The notes under the pieces: generated by a model | Database searches by the model: none | Told to the model about the DNA's origin: nothing | What the model saw: only the letters and a program-made list of their open reading frames with translations | Made by a program: the position numbers and the translations under genes | Shown: piece by piece, positions 19,262 to 28,391 of the stretch | Position numbering within the stretch: the stretch's first letter is position 1 | Layout of the letters: each line of letters starts with the position of its first letter | Origin: Clostridia bacterium | GTDB lineage: Bacteria > Bacillota > Limnochordia > DTU080 > RSA5 | DNA length: 64,000 bases | Reading direction: 5' to 3' | NCBI GenBank assembly: GCA_002919235.1 | Contig: PKEX01000008.1 | Span: 138,530 to 202,529, forward strand

Positions 19262-20562
19262 GCCGAACGCACCTCCCGAGCGTGCAAGCCGCAGGACCTG
19301 CCGTGGACGTGGGCCTTGAACTCGTCCTCGAAGTGCTTCAGAACCGACTGAAGGTACGTGATGGAGAAGTCGGAGAGGAGACAGATGGTGGTGCCGCTCA
19401 TCGTCTCCTTCAAGCTCCTGAGCACTTCAAGGTCGTGCTCCGTCCCCTGACCCTGTTCGATCCGGCGCAGGATCCGCGCAGTCCACGCGGTCCCCTCCCG
19501 GCACGGCGTGCACTGGCCGCACGATTCGTGCGAGAAGAAGTCGGCGTAGTAGAGTGCGGTCCGGACCATGCAGACCGTGTCGTCGAACACGATCACCCCG
19601 GCCGTGCCCAGGATGGAGCCGGCCGCCTGCACCGAGTCGAAATCCAAGGGGATGTCCAGGTGTTCCGGGAGCAGGACCGGCGACGACGCCCCGCCGGGCT
19701 GCACCGCTTTCAGCGTCCGCCCGGGCAGGAGCCCGCCGGCGTGCTCCTCCAACAGCTCCCGCAGGGTGACGCCCAGGGGAAGCTCGTAGTTGCCCGGGCG
19801 CCGCACCTTGCCGCTGACCGAAAAGATCTTGGTCCCGGGGCTCTTCTCGGTGCCGATGGAGAGGAACCACTCGGCGCCCCGGTCGACGATGAACGGCACG
19901 TTGCACAGCGTCTCCACGTTGTTGACCACGGTGGGGCAGCCGTAAAGCCCCGAGACCGCCGGGAACGGGGGCTTGATGCGGGGCTCGCCGCGCCCGCCTT
20001 CCAGCGAGCTCAAAAGGCCCGTCTCCTCGCCGCAAATGTAGGCGCCGGCCCCCCGGTGAATGGTGATCTCCTGGCTGAAATCCGAGCCCAGGATGTTCCG
20101 GCCCACGTAGCCCTTGGCCTTGGCCTGGGCCAGCGCCTTCACCAGGGTCTCGTATCCCCGCTTAAACTCGCCGCGAATGTAGATGAACGACTGGGCGGCC
20201 TTGGTGGCGTAGGCGGCCAGCAGGATCCCTTCGATCAACAGATGCGGGTTGTACTCGATCAGCATCTTGTTGTTGAAGGTGCCCGGCTCGCTCTCGTCCG
20301 CGTTGCAGCACAGGTAGCGAGGACGCCCGTCGTCCGGCAGAAAGCCCCACTTGATCCCCGCCGGGAAGCCGGCTCCTCCCCGGCCCCGCAGGTTGGCCTT
20401 CTTCACCTCGTTGTGCACGTCTTCGGGCGTCATCTGCTTCAGCGCCTTGCGCAGCGCCTGGTAGCCGCCCTGGCTCTCGTATACCTCGATGTCGACGAGA
20501 TCCAGCTTGCCGATGCCTTTGGTCAAAACGGGCTCGAATGCCACGGGATAACCTCCAGTCAC
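19258..20562 (-). CDS. nuoF: NADH-quinone oxidoreductase subunit F (FMN/NADH-binding)
   Basis: GRGGAGFPAGIKW, CCNADESEPGTF and ESCGQCTPCREG motifs. Confidence 0.92.
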   Translation of the reverse strand: MTGGYPVAFEPVLTKGIGKLDLVDIEVYESQGGYQALRKALKQMTPEDVHNEVKKANLRGRGGAGFPAGIKWGFLPDDGRPRYLCCNADESEPGTFNNKMLIEYNPHLLIEGILLAAYATKAAQSFIYIRGEFKRGYETLVKALAQAKAKGYVGRNILGSDFSQEITIHRGAGAYICGEETGLLSSLEGGRGEPRIKPPFPAVSGLYGCPTVVNNVETLCNVPFIVDRGAEWFLSIGTEKSPGTKIFSVSGKVRRPGNYELPLGVTLRELLEEHAGGLLPGRTLKAVQPGGASSPVLLPEHLDIPLDFDSVQAAGSILGTAGVIVFDDTVCMVRTALYYADFFSHESCGQCTPCREGTAWTARILRRIEQGQGTEHDLEVLRSLKETMSGTTICLLSDFSITYLQSVLKHFEDEFKAHVHGRSCGLHAREVRSA

Positions 20563-21098
20563 ACGGCCTTGACCGGCGGGATGCCGAAGCGGTCGGAGAT
20601 GGCCGCCGGGTCTTCGCCCTTCTTGATGAGCTCGATGATCTCATCGGCTCGCTCGGGCGTCACGTTGCCGCAGTACTCCAAGTTGACTTGGAGCGCCGGG
20701 GCCCCGTCGCACGCCGCGATGCACTCGCCGGTGACCAGCAGCGTGATCAAGCCGTCCGGGGTGGTCTCGCCCACCTTGATGCCCAGCCGGCGCTCCAGGT
20801 GGTCCACCAGCTCCTGGGCGCCGGACAGGCCGCACGTGATGTTGCCGCAGACCGTGATGACGTACTTGCCCATGGGCCGGCGGTAAAAGAGCGAGTAAAA
20901 GCTGCAGACGGACTCCACCACCGATTTGGTCTCGCCCAGGATCGCGGCCACCGCCTCGATGTCCTCGTCGGCGATCCAGCCCCGCTCCTCCTGCGCCAGG
21001 TGAAGCAGGGGCATGAGGGCCGAACGCTTCTTGGGATAGCGGGCGATGATCTCTTCAATCTTCTCTTTGTGCTTTTCGACCCACGCCGGAGCGCTCAT
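20559..21098 (-). CDS. nuoE: NADH-quinone oxidoreductase subunit E (thioredoxin-like 2Fe-2S)
   Basis: CGNITCGLSGAQE...TGECIAACDGAP Cys pattern. Confidence 0.9.
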   Translation of the reverse strand: MSAPAWVEKHKEKIEEIIARYPKKRSALMPLLHLAQEERGWIADEDIEAVAAILGETKSVVESVCSFYSLFYRRPMGKYVITVCGNITCGLSGAQELVDHLERRLGIKVGETTPDGLITLLVTGECIAACDGAPALQVNLEYCGNVTPERADEIIELIKKGEDPAAISDRFGIPPVKAV

Positions 21099-22333
21099 CG
21101 GTCAACCTCCCCAAAGACCGGGTCGACGGTGGCGACGACGGCCACCAGGTCGGCGACCAGCTCGCCCCGGACCATCTCCGGAATGGCAAAGACATTGTAA
21201 AACGCCGGCGGCCGCGTCCTGACCCGCCACGGCTTGTTCTTGCCGTCGGAGACGACGTAGTAGCCCAGCTCGCCCCGGGGGCTTTCCACGCTGACGTACA
21301 CCTCGCCCGCGGGCACGTCGAAGCCGTAGGTCACCAGCTTGAAGTGGTGGATCAGGGCCTCCATGTTCTCCCGCACTTCGTGCTTGGGCGGCCGGACCAG
21401 CTTGCGGTCCTGGATCTGCCAGTCGCCCTCCGGCAGGCGCTCCAGCGCCTGCACGCAGATCTTGTGGCTTTCGTGCAGCTCCCGCATGCGCACGTGGTAG
21501 CGGTCGTACACGTCGCCGTGGGTCCCCACCGGCACTTCGAAATCGAACTCGTCGTAGCCGCAGTACGGGAACGCCTTGCGCACGTCGTAGTCGATGCCGC
21601 ACGCCCTCAGGTTGGGACCGGTCAGCCCGTAGGCGATGGCCTTGTCCTTGCTGATCGCGCCGATGCGGCGGATCCGGTCCAGGAAAATCGGATTTTCGTC
21701 CAAAATGGCATGCAGCTCGGCCAGGCGCTTGGGAAACTTTTCAAGATACGCCCGGACCATGGGGACGAAGTTCTCGGGCACGTCGTTGGCGAGGCCGCCG
21801 ACCCGGATGTAGCTGGGGTTCATCCGGGCGCCGGTCACCTCTTCAAAGATGTCCAGGATGCCCTCGCGCAGGTCGAAGGCGTAGAAGAAGACGCTCATGG
21901 CCCCCATGTCCAGGCCTGTGGTCCCCAGCCACACCAGGTGGCTGGCGATCCTCTGGAGCTCCACCAGCAGCACCCGGACGTAACGGGCCCGCTCGGGCAC
22001 CTCGATGCCCAAGAGCTTTTCCACCGCGAGGACGTACGCCAGGTTGTTGGAGAGCGGCGACAGGTAGTCCATCCGGTCGATGACCGTGATGGCCTGCTGC
22101 CAGGTGAGATGCTCCGCCGTCTTTTCGATCCCCGTGTGCAAGAAGCCAATCTCGGGCACGCACCGCACGATCCGCTCGCCTTCCAGCTCCAGGATGAGCC
22201 GGAGCACGCCGTGGGTGCTGGGGTGATGCGGGCCGACGCTGATCACCATGCGGTCGCCTTCGGCCGCCTCGACGCGATAACCCCTCGGATCGGGATGCTC
22301 CAGGGGAAACTCTGCCGGATCAAACTTGGCCAT
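21095..22333 (-). CDS. nuoD: NADH-quinone oxidoreductase subunit D
   Basis: GPHHPSTHGVLRL, RIASHLVWLGT and RVRTRPPAFYN motifs. Confidence 0.92.
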   Translation of the reverse strand: MAKFDPAEFPLEHPDPRGYRVEAAEGDRMVISVGPHHPSTHGVLRLILELEGERIVRCVPEIGFLHTGIEKTAEHLTWQQAITVIDRMDYLSPLSNNLAYVLAVEKLLGIEVPERARYVRVLLVELQRIASHLVWLGTTGLDMGAMSVFFYAFDLREGILDIFEEVTGARMNPSYIRVGGLANDVPENFVPMVRAYLEKFPKRLAELHAILDENPIFLDRIRRIGAISKDKAIAYGLTGPNLRACGIDYDVRKAFPYCGYDEFDFEVPVGTHGDVYDRYHVRMRELHESHKICVQALERLPEGDWQIQDRKLVRPPKHEVRENMEALIHHFKLVTYGFDVPAGEVYVSVESPRGELGYYVVSDGKNKPWRVRTRPPAFYNVFAIPEMVRGELVADLVAVVATVDPVFGEVDR

Positions 22334-22341
22334 CGCGCACC

Positions 22342-22866
22342 CTACCTTTCCCCCGCCAGCTTGGGAGCGTGGAACCGGTTCTTCTCCGCGGCAAACCGCG
22401 CCTCCAGCTTCTCCCGGGGGCCTCTCAGAGGATAGTCCTTGCGAAGGGGATGTCCCTCAAAATCTGACGGCAACAGAATGCGCGTCAGGTTGGGGTGACC
22501 GGTGAAGACCACGCCGAAAAGGTCGTATACCTCGCGCTCAGCCGGGTTGGCCGAGGGCCACATGCCGGCCAGGGAAGGCACCTCCGGCCGCTGGTCGTCT
22601 TCGGGGACGCAGCGGAGCCGCACGCGCGCCCGGTTCTTCATGTCGAGAAAGTGATAGACCACCTCAAAGCGGGGCGAGCGCGGGAAGTAGTCGACCCCGC
22701 CCACGTCCAGGAGCATGGTGTAACCCAGCTCCCTGAGGTACGCCGCCACGTCCACCAGCACGGAGGGGGCCACGCGAAACTGCGGGATGTCAAAAGGCGT
22801 CTGCAGGGGTTCGATGCCCCCCGCAAACCGCGAGGTGAGCGCTTCCGCCAAAGCCTCAGGCTTCAC
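22342..22866 (-). CDS. nuoC: NADH-quinone oxidoreductase subunit C
   Basis: 174 aa, EVVYHF...[18 protein letters not shown]. Confidence 0.88.
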   Translation of the reverse strand: MKPEALAEALTSRFAGGIEPLQTPFDIPQFRVAPSVLVDVAAYLRELGYTMLLDVGGVDYFPRSPRFEVVYHFLDMKNRARVRLRCVPEDDQRPEVPSLAGMWPSANPAEREVYDLFGVVFTGHPNLTRILLPSDFEGHPLRKDYPLRGPREKLEARFAAEKNRFHAPKLAGER

Positions 22867-23338
22867 GGGCCATCAACCCGCCTTTCGCCCGCCCTGCGGC
22901 GATGGACTCCTTCAGCTTCATAATGGCGTGGAGGACTGCGTCGGGAGTCGGCGGGCATCCCGGCACGTACACGTCCACCGGCAGCACCCGGTCGACGCCC
23001 TGCACGATCGCGTAGTTGTCGAAGATGCCGCCGCTGGAGGCACACGCCCCCATGGCGATCACCCACTTGGGCTCGGGCATCTGCTGATACACCTGTTGGA
23101 TCACGGGCACCATCTTCAGCGACAGGCGGCCCGACACGATCAAGAGGTCGGCCTGCCGGGGCGACGACCGCATCACCTCGGAGCCGAAGCGGGAGGCGTC
23201 GTAGCGCGGGCCCACGAGGTTCATCATCTCGATCGCACAGCAGGCAAGGCCAAAGGTGAGCGGCCAAATGGACGACTTCTGCGCCCACCGGACAAACTTG
23301 TCGATGGTCGTGGTGAAAAACTGGCCGTTGTTGATCAT
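22856..23338 (-). CDS. nuoB: NADH-quinone oxidoreductase subunit B
   Basis: [19 protein letters not shown] and GCPP motifs. ATG at 23338 overlaps the nuoA stop (ATGA). Confidence 0.9.
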   Translation of the reverse strand: MINNGQFFTTTIDKFVRWAQKSSIWPLTFGLACCAIEMMNLVGPRYDASRFGSEVMRSSPRQADLLIVSGRLSLKMVPVIQQVYQQMPEPKWVIAMGACASSGGIFDNYAIVQGVDRVLPVDVYVPGCPPTPDAVLHAIMKLKESIAAGRAKGGLMAREA

Positions 23339-23703
23339 TTCCACGTCAATCCCCCCTTTTTCCACTCGTACGCGTAGCCGATCCCGAGGACCAGGACGTA
23401 CACCAGCATCGCCAGCAGGGCGTAAAAGCCGAGCCCCGCCGCCTTAAACTCCTTGAGCAGGATGGCCCACGGGTAGAACGATGCGACCTCTACGTCAAAG
23501 ACGACGAAGAGCATGGCCACGTGGTAGAAGTTGACGGGAAAACGCCCGTGCAAGGGGGGTGTAGGAAATCCGCTCTCGTAAGGCTGGTCCTTGTACGGCT
23601 CCGGCTTTTTGGGCCCGAGGTGCGCAGCCGCCAGCGAGAAGAGCACCGGCACGGCCAGCGCGACCAACAGGTAGATCAGGAGTGGCGCGTACACGTGGCC
23701 CAC
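23335..23703 (-). CDS. nuoA: NADH-quinone oxidoreductase subunit A
   Basis: GTG at 23703 lies 9 nt after [28 protein letters not shown] motif. Confidence 0.85.
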   Translation of the reverse strand: MGHVYAPLLIYLLVALAVPVLFSLAAAHLGPKKPEPYKDQPYESGFPTPPLHGRFPVNFYHVAMLFVVFDVEVASFYPWAILLKEFKAAGLGFYALLAMLVYVLVLGIGYAYEWKKGGLTWK

Positions 23704-23745
23704 AGGGTGATTCCTCCTGCTAAATGCCCTCAAAATTTTGGACTC

Positions 23746-23774
23746 ATGATATCATACGCCCTGGGTTTTGTAAA
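23746..23774 (-). promoter_or_regulatory. Candidate sigma-A promoter of the nuo operon (-35 TTTACA, 17-bp spacer, -10 TATCAT)
   Basis: Read on the minus strand about 40 nt upstream of the nuoA start. The only promoter-like hexamer pair in the nuoA upstream region. Confidence 0.4.
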
Positions 23775-23808
23775 GTGAACGCGAGCACAAAGTCCCTCGT
23801 TTCACCAG

Positions 23809-24015
23809 CTAGAAGCGGTTTTCGCCCGGCTCGCCCGGCTCCCGCAGCACCTTCCACTCGATCAACCGCTCGCGGAACATCTCGAGATCCCCGTACTTCG
23901 CCTGCAGCACCTCCACTTCCCGCCGGGCCAGCCAAAACTTTCGCAAGAGGGTCCAGGTCAACCAGGGAAAAAGCGTCACTGCCGCGAGCAGTGCCAGTCC
24001 CATCAGCGTCCTCAC
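23809..24015 (-). CDS. Small hydrophobic hypothetical protein (about 64-68 aa)
   Basis: Open frame with a TM-like segment (GLALLAAVTLFPWLTWTLL). Sits between the M20 peptidase gene and the nuo promoter. The start is ambiguous. Confidence 0.35.
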   Translation of the reverse strand: MRTLMGLALLAAVTLFPWLTWTLLRKFWLARREVEVLQAKYGDLEMFRERLIEWKVLREPGEPGENRF

Positions 24016-24035
24016 CGGCGCCCCAAGCCCTCCTT

Positions 24036-25184
24036 TTACGCCCCGGGAGCCGAGGCCAGCGCCACCACCATCCGGGCGAGGAGAACCAGCTGGTCGACGG
24101 GCATGCTCTCCTCCCGCGTGTGGATGGCCTCGTAGCCGACACCCAGCACCGCGGTGGGGATTCCCTTGGCGTTGAAAATGTTGGCGTCGCTCCCGCCGCC
24201 GGTGGACTTAAGGCGCGGCGCAAGGCCCAAGGACTCCGCCGCCCGGACGGCCCGCCTGACCGGCTCGGCGTCCGGGTCCAGGCGGAAACCTTCGTACTCT
24301 AACTGTACGTTCCAGCGGGCGCTGCCCCCCGCCGAACGGGCCGCCTCGTCGATGGCCTGGATCATGTGGGCTACCTGACGTTCCACCCGCTCTCTCTCCA
24401 GGCTCCGGGCCTCCGCCCGGATGGTCGCCCGCTCCGGCACGATGTTGGTGGCCCCGCCCCCCGCGATGTAGCCGACGTTGGCGGTGGTGTCGGCGTCGAT
24501 CCTCCCCAAGCGCATCCGGCTCACTGCCAGCGCCGCCATCTTGATGGCGCTGATGCCCCGCTCGGGCGCCATGCCGGCGTGGGCGGCGCGGCCGAAGAAC
24601 TCCGCTTCGATGGTGTACTGGGTCGGCGCCGCGGTGATGATGGTCCCCACCGGCCCGTCGGCGTCCAGGACAAACCCCGTCTTGCTCCTGAGCCGGGAGA
24701 GGTCCGCGTGGGCCGCCCCGACCAGGCCGATCTCCTCCCCGATGGTGAGCACCAGTTCGATGGGGGCCGCGGGAGCGCCGCTTTCCGCCAGCGCCCGGCA
24801 GGCTTCGACGATCGCGGCCAGGCCCGCCGCGTCGTCTGCGCCCAAGATGGTCGAGCCGTCGCTCCGGACGCGGCCGTCCACCACCCGGGGCCGGACACCG
24901 GTGCCGCCTTCCACCCGGTCCAGGTGAGCCGAAAACATGACGGGCGGCCACCCCTCACCCCCGCCCTGCCCCGGCTTGGTGGCGATGAGGTTTCCCACCT
25001 CGCCGCCGAGGCGTCGTCCCGCGTCGTCCTCGTGGACCTCAAAGCCCAGTTCGATCAGGGCCCTTTTCACGATGTGAAAGACGGGGCCTTCCTTGAGCGG
25101 GGCGCTGTCCGCCCGGCAGATCTCCATCATCAAATCGACCACGCGTTCCTCGCGGACCCGGGAAAGCGCGTCCGTCAGCGACAC
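24036..25184 (-). CDS. M20-family metallopeptidase (peptidase T / ArgE-DapE-like)
   Basis: HLDRVEGG, DDAAGLAAI and EEIGLVGA metal-ligand motifs. 382 aa. Confidence 0.8.
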   Translation of the reverse strand: MSLTDALSRVREERVVDLMMEICRADSAPLKEGPVFHIVKRALIELGFEVHEDDAGRRLGGEVGNLIATKPGQGGGEGWPPVMFSAHLDRVEGGTGVRPRVVDGRVRSDGSTILGADDAAGLAAIVEACRALAESGAPAAPIELVLTIGEEIGLVGAAHADLSRLRSKTGFVLDADGPVGTIITAAPTQYTIEAEFFGRAAHAGMAPERGISAIKMAALAVSRMRLGRIDADTTANVGYIAGGGATNIVPERATIRAEARSLERERVERQVAHMIQAIDEAARSAGGSARWNVQLEYEGFRLDPDAEPVRRAVRAAESLGLAPRLKSTGGGSDANIFNAKGIPTAVLGVGYEAIHTREESMPVDQLVLLARMVVALASAPGA

Positions 25185-25288
25185 ACCGGCTCACCTCTGC
25201 CTGCGCCGCGCAAAGCGCGCCGCGCGCGTCCATCCTCTTTTTCGCGGGGCGCCGGAACTCCTGTCGCGACTTGCCGGGAACAAAAAAA

Positions 25289-25318
25289 CCGCCCCCTTCC
25301 GGTCGGAGAAGGGGGCGA
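25289..25318 (-). terminator. Intrinsic terminator (stem CGCCCCCTTC/GAAGGGGGCG followed by TTTTTTTGTT on the minus strand)
   Basis: Hairpin plus T-tract seen directly. Lies downstream of the zinc-ribbon gene. Confidence 0.65.
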
Positions 25319-25458
25319 TCGCTGTGAGGGATGGGCCGGCGGAAAGTCCGGGGGTCGGGGGGGTGGTATTCTCCGCCGTGCTCCGTCCGGTTGTCTTCAT
25401 AGTACGGCGCCCGTTTCCCCGCAAACCGTGATGCACGTCACAAAAACAGGAAAAGGCA

Positions 25459-25641
25459 TCAATTTAGGTCCGGCGGGCCCAATTCGGCGCTTCGCACCGG
25501 CAGCACCCGGGCGGTGCTCCGGTCCAGCGCCAACAGCGGCGCATCCGTCAAGTCTTCGCCGCACTGCGGGCAGATCCAGCGCCCTTTGGCGCTCAAACTG
25601 TAGCTTATGTTTTCGCAGCGGCTGCATTTCTTGCGGACCAT
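25459..25641 (-). CDS. Small zinc-ribbon protein (CxxC...CxxC), 60 aa
   Basis: MVRKKCSRCENISYSLSAKGRWICPQCGEDL. ATG at 25641 lies 7 nt after AGGAGG. Confidence 0.6.
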   Translation of the reverse strand: MVRKKCSRCENISYSLSAKGRWICPQCGEDLTDAPLLALDRSTARVLPVRSAELGPPDLN

Positions 25642-25841
25642 GGCGTGACCTCCTGGCCCGGCGAACACCCCGCCGGACGGTGGTTTATCAACACTCTACG
25701 CCGGAGAGGCTGTCCGGCGTGCAGGCCGCACCGGGAAAAGGCAGGCAAGGAAAGGAAACGCCGGGCGTCGAACCATGTGCGAGCACTCCAGCCGCCGGGA
25801 GCTGGAACCGATCACAGCGGAGACGACGGAGGAGGCACGCG

Positions 25842-26456
25842 GTGGTCCGTCTGGCTTCAATCATTCTTATCCTTATCCTATGCGTCAGCCTGGGCGGCCC
25901 GATCCTGGCGGCCCAGCCCATGGAGTACCGGCTGGGCGACCGGACGCTGAGCTACGGCGCGTGGGGTGCGGACGTCTTCGAGCTTCAGCTGCGCCTGAGG
26001 GAGCTGGGCTACTCCCTGGCGGCGGACGGGCACTTCGGCTCCGAAACCCGCCGCGTGGTCACGGCGTTCCAGCTCGCGTACGGCCTGAGGCCTGACGGCA
26101 TCGCCGGACCCGCCACCCTCGCGGCCCTGCAGTCGCTGCGGAGCACCTTCACCTACGTGGTCCAGCCCGGGGATTCCCTCTGGGCCATCGCCCGGCGCTT
26201 CGGCGTCTCCATGGAGGAGATCGTCAGGCTGAACAACCTGCCCGACCGGCCGCTCTGGGTGGGAGACCGCCTGATCCTGCCGGCCCGGCCGGTGTACCGG
26301 GTGCAGCCCGGCGACACGCTGTGGGAGATCGCACGGCGGTTCGGCACCACGGTCGAGGAGCTAGCAGAGCTCAACGGCATCGCCGATCCTTCCCGGATCC
26401 GCGCCGGGTCAGAGCTGCGGCTGCCCGCCGGAGCGCTCCCGGCCGGCGGCTTTTGA
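25842..26456 (+). CDS. Secreted peptidoglycan-binding protein (PG_binding_1-like domain plus two LysM domains)
   Basis: GTG at 25842 lies 6 nt after GAGGAGG. Hydrophobic signal (LASIILILILCVSLGGPILAAQP). LysM repeats YVVQPGDSLWAIARRFG and YRVQPGDTLWEIARRFG. Confidence 0.75.
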   Translation: MVRLASIILILILCVSLGGPILAAQPMEYRLGDRTLSYGAWGADVFELQLRLRELGYSLAADGHFGSETRRVVTAFQLAYGLRPDGIAGPATLAALQSLRSTFTYVVQPGDSLWAIARRFGVSMEEIVRLNNLPDRPLWVGDRLILPARPVYRVQPGDTLWEIARRFGTTVEELAELNGIADPSRIRAGSELRLPAGALPAGGF

Positions 26457-27089
26457 TCCATCGCCGGCGGCGGGAAGGTAGCGCTCGCCCGCACGGGCGA
26501 CGGCGGCAGCGCCCGCGGTCGCGTCCGCCAGCCGCTCCTCCAGCGCTTCGGCCGCTTCCCGCGGGACGGCCACCACCAGCTCCACCGTATCGGTAAAGCG
26601 CGCCGACACCACCCGCGCGCCCAGCTCCTCGAGGAGCCGCTCCACCCTGCCGTGGCGGGCGTAGTCCACCCGCACGGAAAGGCACGCGTGGAGGCGGTAC
26701 TCGGCGATCCCGGCCCGGGCCAGCCCCTCCGCCGCCGCGGCGGCGTACGCTCTCACCAGACCCGCGGCGCCCAGAAGGGTCCCCCCGAAGTAGCGCACCA
26801 CGGCGATGCAGGTGTTGTCGACTCCCTGCCGCTCCAGGACGTCCAGGATGGGCCGGCCCGCCGTGCCCTGGGGCTCCCCGTCGTCGCTCATCCGGACGAC
26901 GGCAGCAGGCCAGCCGGCGCGGTAGGCGTAACAGACGTGGGTGGCGCCGGGGTGCTGCTCCCGGATCCGGGCCAGCATCGCCTCGGCCTGCTCCGGAGTG
27001 TCCACCGGCTCCACGTAGGCGATGAAGCGGGACCGCTTGCGTATCTCTTCATACACGGCGGGTCCAGCGGCGCTGCGGTACGTGTCCAG
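26409..27089 (-). CDS. YigZ/IMPACT-family protein (UPF0029)
   Basis: YEEIRKRSRFIAYVEPV...ATHVCYAYR...DDGEPQGTAGRPIL. The start is uncertain: the only nearby RBS (AAGGAGGAGGAG) is followed by a CTG, not ATG/GTG/TTG. Confidence 0.65.
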   Translation of the reverse strand: MDTYRSAAGPAVYEEIRKRSRFIAYVEPVDTPEQAEAMLARIREQHPGATHVCYAYRAGWPAAVVRMSDDGEPQGTAGRPILDVLERQGVDNTCIAVVRYFGGTLLGAAGLVRAYAAAAAEGLARAGIAEYRLHACLSVRVDYARHGRVERLLEELGARVVSARFTDTVELVVAVPREAAEALEERLADATAGAAAVARAGERYLPAAGDGSKAAGRERSGGQPQL

Positions 27090-27173
27090 AACGCTCCTCC
27101 TCCTTACATGCCGGATGGATCGCACGGGAGCGCCGGGACGGCGGGGTCCCGGCGGAGAAAGGCGGATCGGATC

Positions 27174-28346
27174 ATGACCCTGGAGCAACTGGTCTACTTT
27201 CACGACGCGGGCTTCGACCTTTACGACTTCGGCGAAGGCCACCCCTTCAGCCCACTTCGACAGAGGCTCACCTTCGACCTACTGCGGGAAGCCGGCCTCC
27301 TGCCCGAAGCCGTGGTCCGCGCCGCGCCGCCCGCCGCCGAAGAGGAGCTCCTCCTCTTCCACACTCCCGAGTACGTCGACGCCGTGCGCCGCGCCGACAG
27401 GCTGGCCGCCCCGGAGCGCTGGGGGCTTGGTCCCCCGGACAACCCCGTCTTTCCCCACATGCACCGGGCGGCTTCGCTGCGCGTCGGCGCGACCGTCGCG
27501 GCGGTGCGGGAGGTGATGTCCGGGCGCAAGCTCCAGGCCGTCAACTTCGGGGGCGGGCTCCACCATGCCCATCCCGCCCGGGCCTCGGGGTTCTGCATCT
27601 ACAACGACATCGCGGTCGCTATCCGGTGGCTTCGCCGCGAGTACGGCTGCAAGGTGGCCTACGTCGACCTGGATGTCCACCACGGGGACGGCGTTCAGTG
27701 GGCCTTTTACGACGATCCGGCGGTGCTCACCATCTCCATCCACGAAAGCGGCCGCTCCCTCTTCCCGGGCACGGGGGACGTGGACGAGGTGGGAGAGGGG
27801 GATGCCCGGGGAACCTCCGTCAACGTGCCGCTCTTGCCCTACACTTCAGGTTCCAGTTGGTTCGAGTGCTTTGAGATCGTGGTGCCGGAGCTCCTTCGCG
27901 CCTTCAAGCCCGACATCCTCATTACCCAGCACGGCTGCGACCCGCACCGCCTCGATCCCCTGGCCCATCTCGCCGTCTCCACCTCGTATATGGCAGCAGC
28001 CGCCCGCGCGCTGCGGGAGCTCGCCGGCGAGGTGTGCGGGGGACGCTGGGTGGCGCTGGGCGGGGGCGGCTACTCCATCTGGGACGCGGTGCCCCGGACG
28101 TGGGCTGCCGTCTGGGCCGAGATCAGCGAACAGCGGCTTCCCGAGACGCTTCCCCCGAGCTGGCGGGCCCGCTGGCAGCCCGCGGCCCCGGTGGAGCTTC
28201 CCGTTCACTGGGACGATCTCGTCGACGAGCCGCCTCCCAAGGACGGCGCCGACGGGGAGGACCACTGGAGGAGCCAGCGGAACCGCCGCACTGCGCAAGA
28301 GGCGGTGGAGACGGCCCTGCGCTTTCTCGCCCTGCGCCGGCCGTAA
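27174..28346 (+). CDS. Histone deacetylase-family protein (AcuC / acetoin-utilisation type)
   Basis: HHGDGVQ, FHESGRSLFPGTG and GGGGYS motifs. ATG at 27174. Confidence 0.8.
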   Translation: MTLEQLVYFHDAGFDLYDFGEGHPFSPLRQRLTFDLLREAGLLPEAVVRAAPPAAEEELLLFHTPEYVDAVRRADRLAAPERWGLGPPDNPVFPHMHRAASLRVGATVAAVREVMSGRKLQAVNFGGGLHHAHPARASGFCIYNDIAVAIRWLRREYGCKVAYVDLDVHHGDGVQWAFYDDPAVLTISIHESGRSLFPGTGDVDEVGEGDARGTSVNVPLLPYTSGSSWFECFEIVVPELLRAFKPDILITQHGCDPHRLDPLAHLAVSTSYMAAAARALRELAGEVCGGRWVALGGGGYSIWDAVPRTWAAVWAEISEQRLPETLPPSWRARWQPAAPVELPVHWDDLVDEPPPKDGADGEDHWRSQRNRRTAQEAVETALRFLALRRP

Positions 28347-28391
28347 GCGGTTCCCTCTTCGCGGGGCTCTCAAGGCCCTGGTGCATCGTCC

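Noticed and set aside
23775-23805. Inverted repeat GTGAACG-N16-CGTTTCAC upstream of the nuo -35, considered as a Rex (TTGTGAA-N6-TTCACAA) operator
   Set aside because: The spacing and half-sites do not fit the Rex consensus. It is more likely a weak stem-loop after the small upstream ORF.
24366-26456. 696-aa plus-strand ORF spanning the M20 peptidase and zinc-ribbon genes
   Set aside because: Only the last about 204 codons (from the GTG at 25842 with a GAGGAGG RBS) carry a signal peptide plus PG-binding/LysM domains. The upstream part is antisense to the M20 peptidase.
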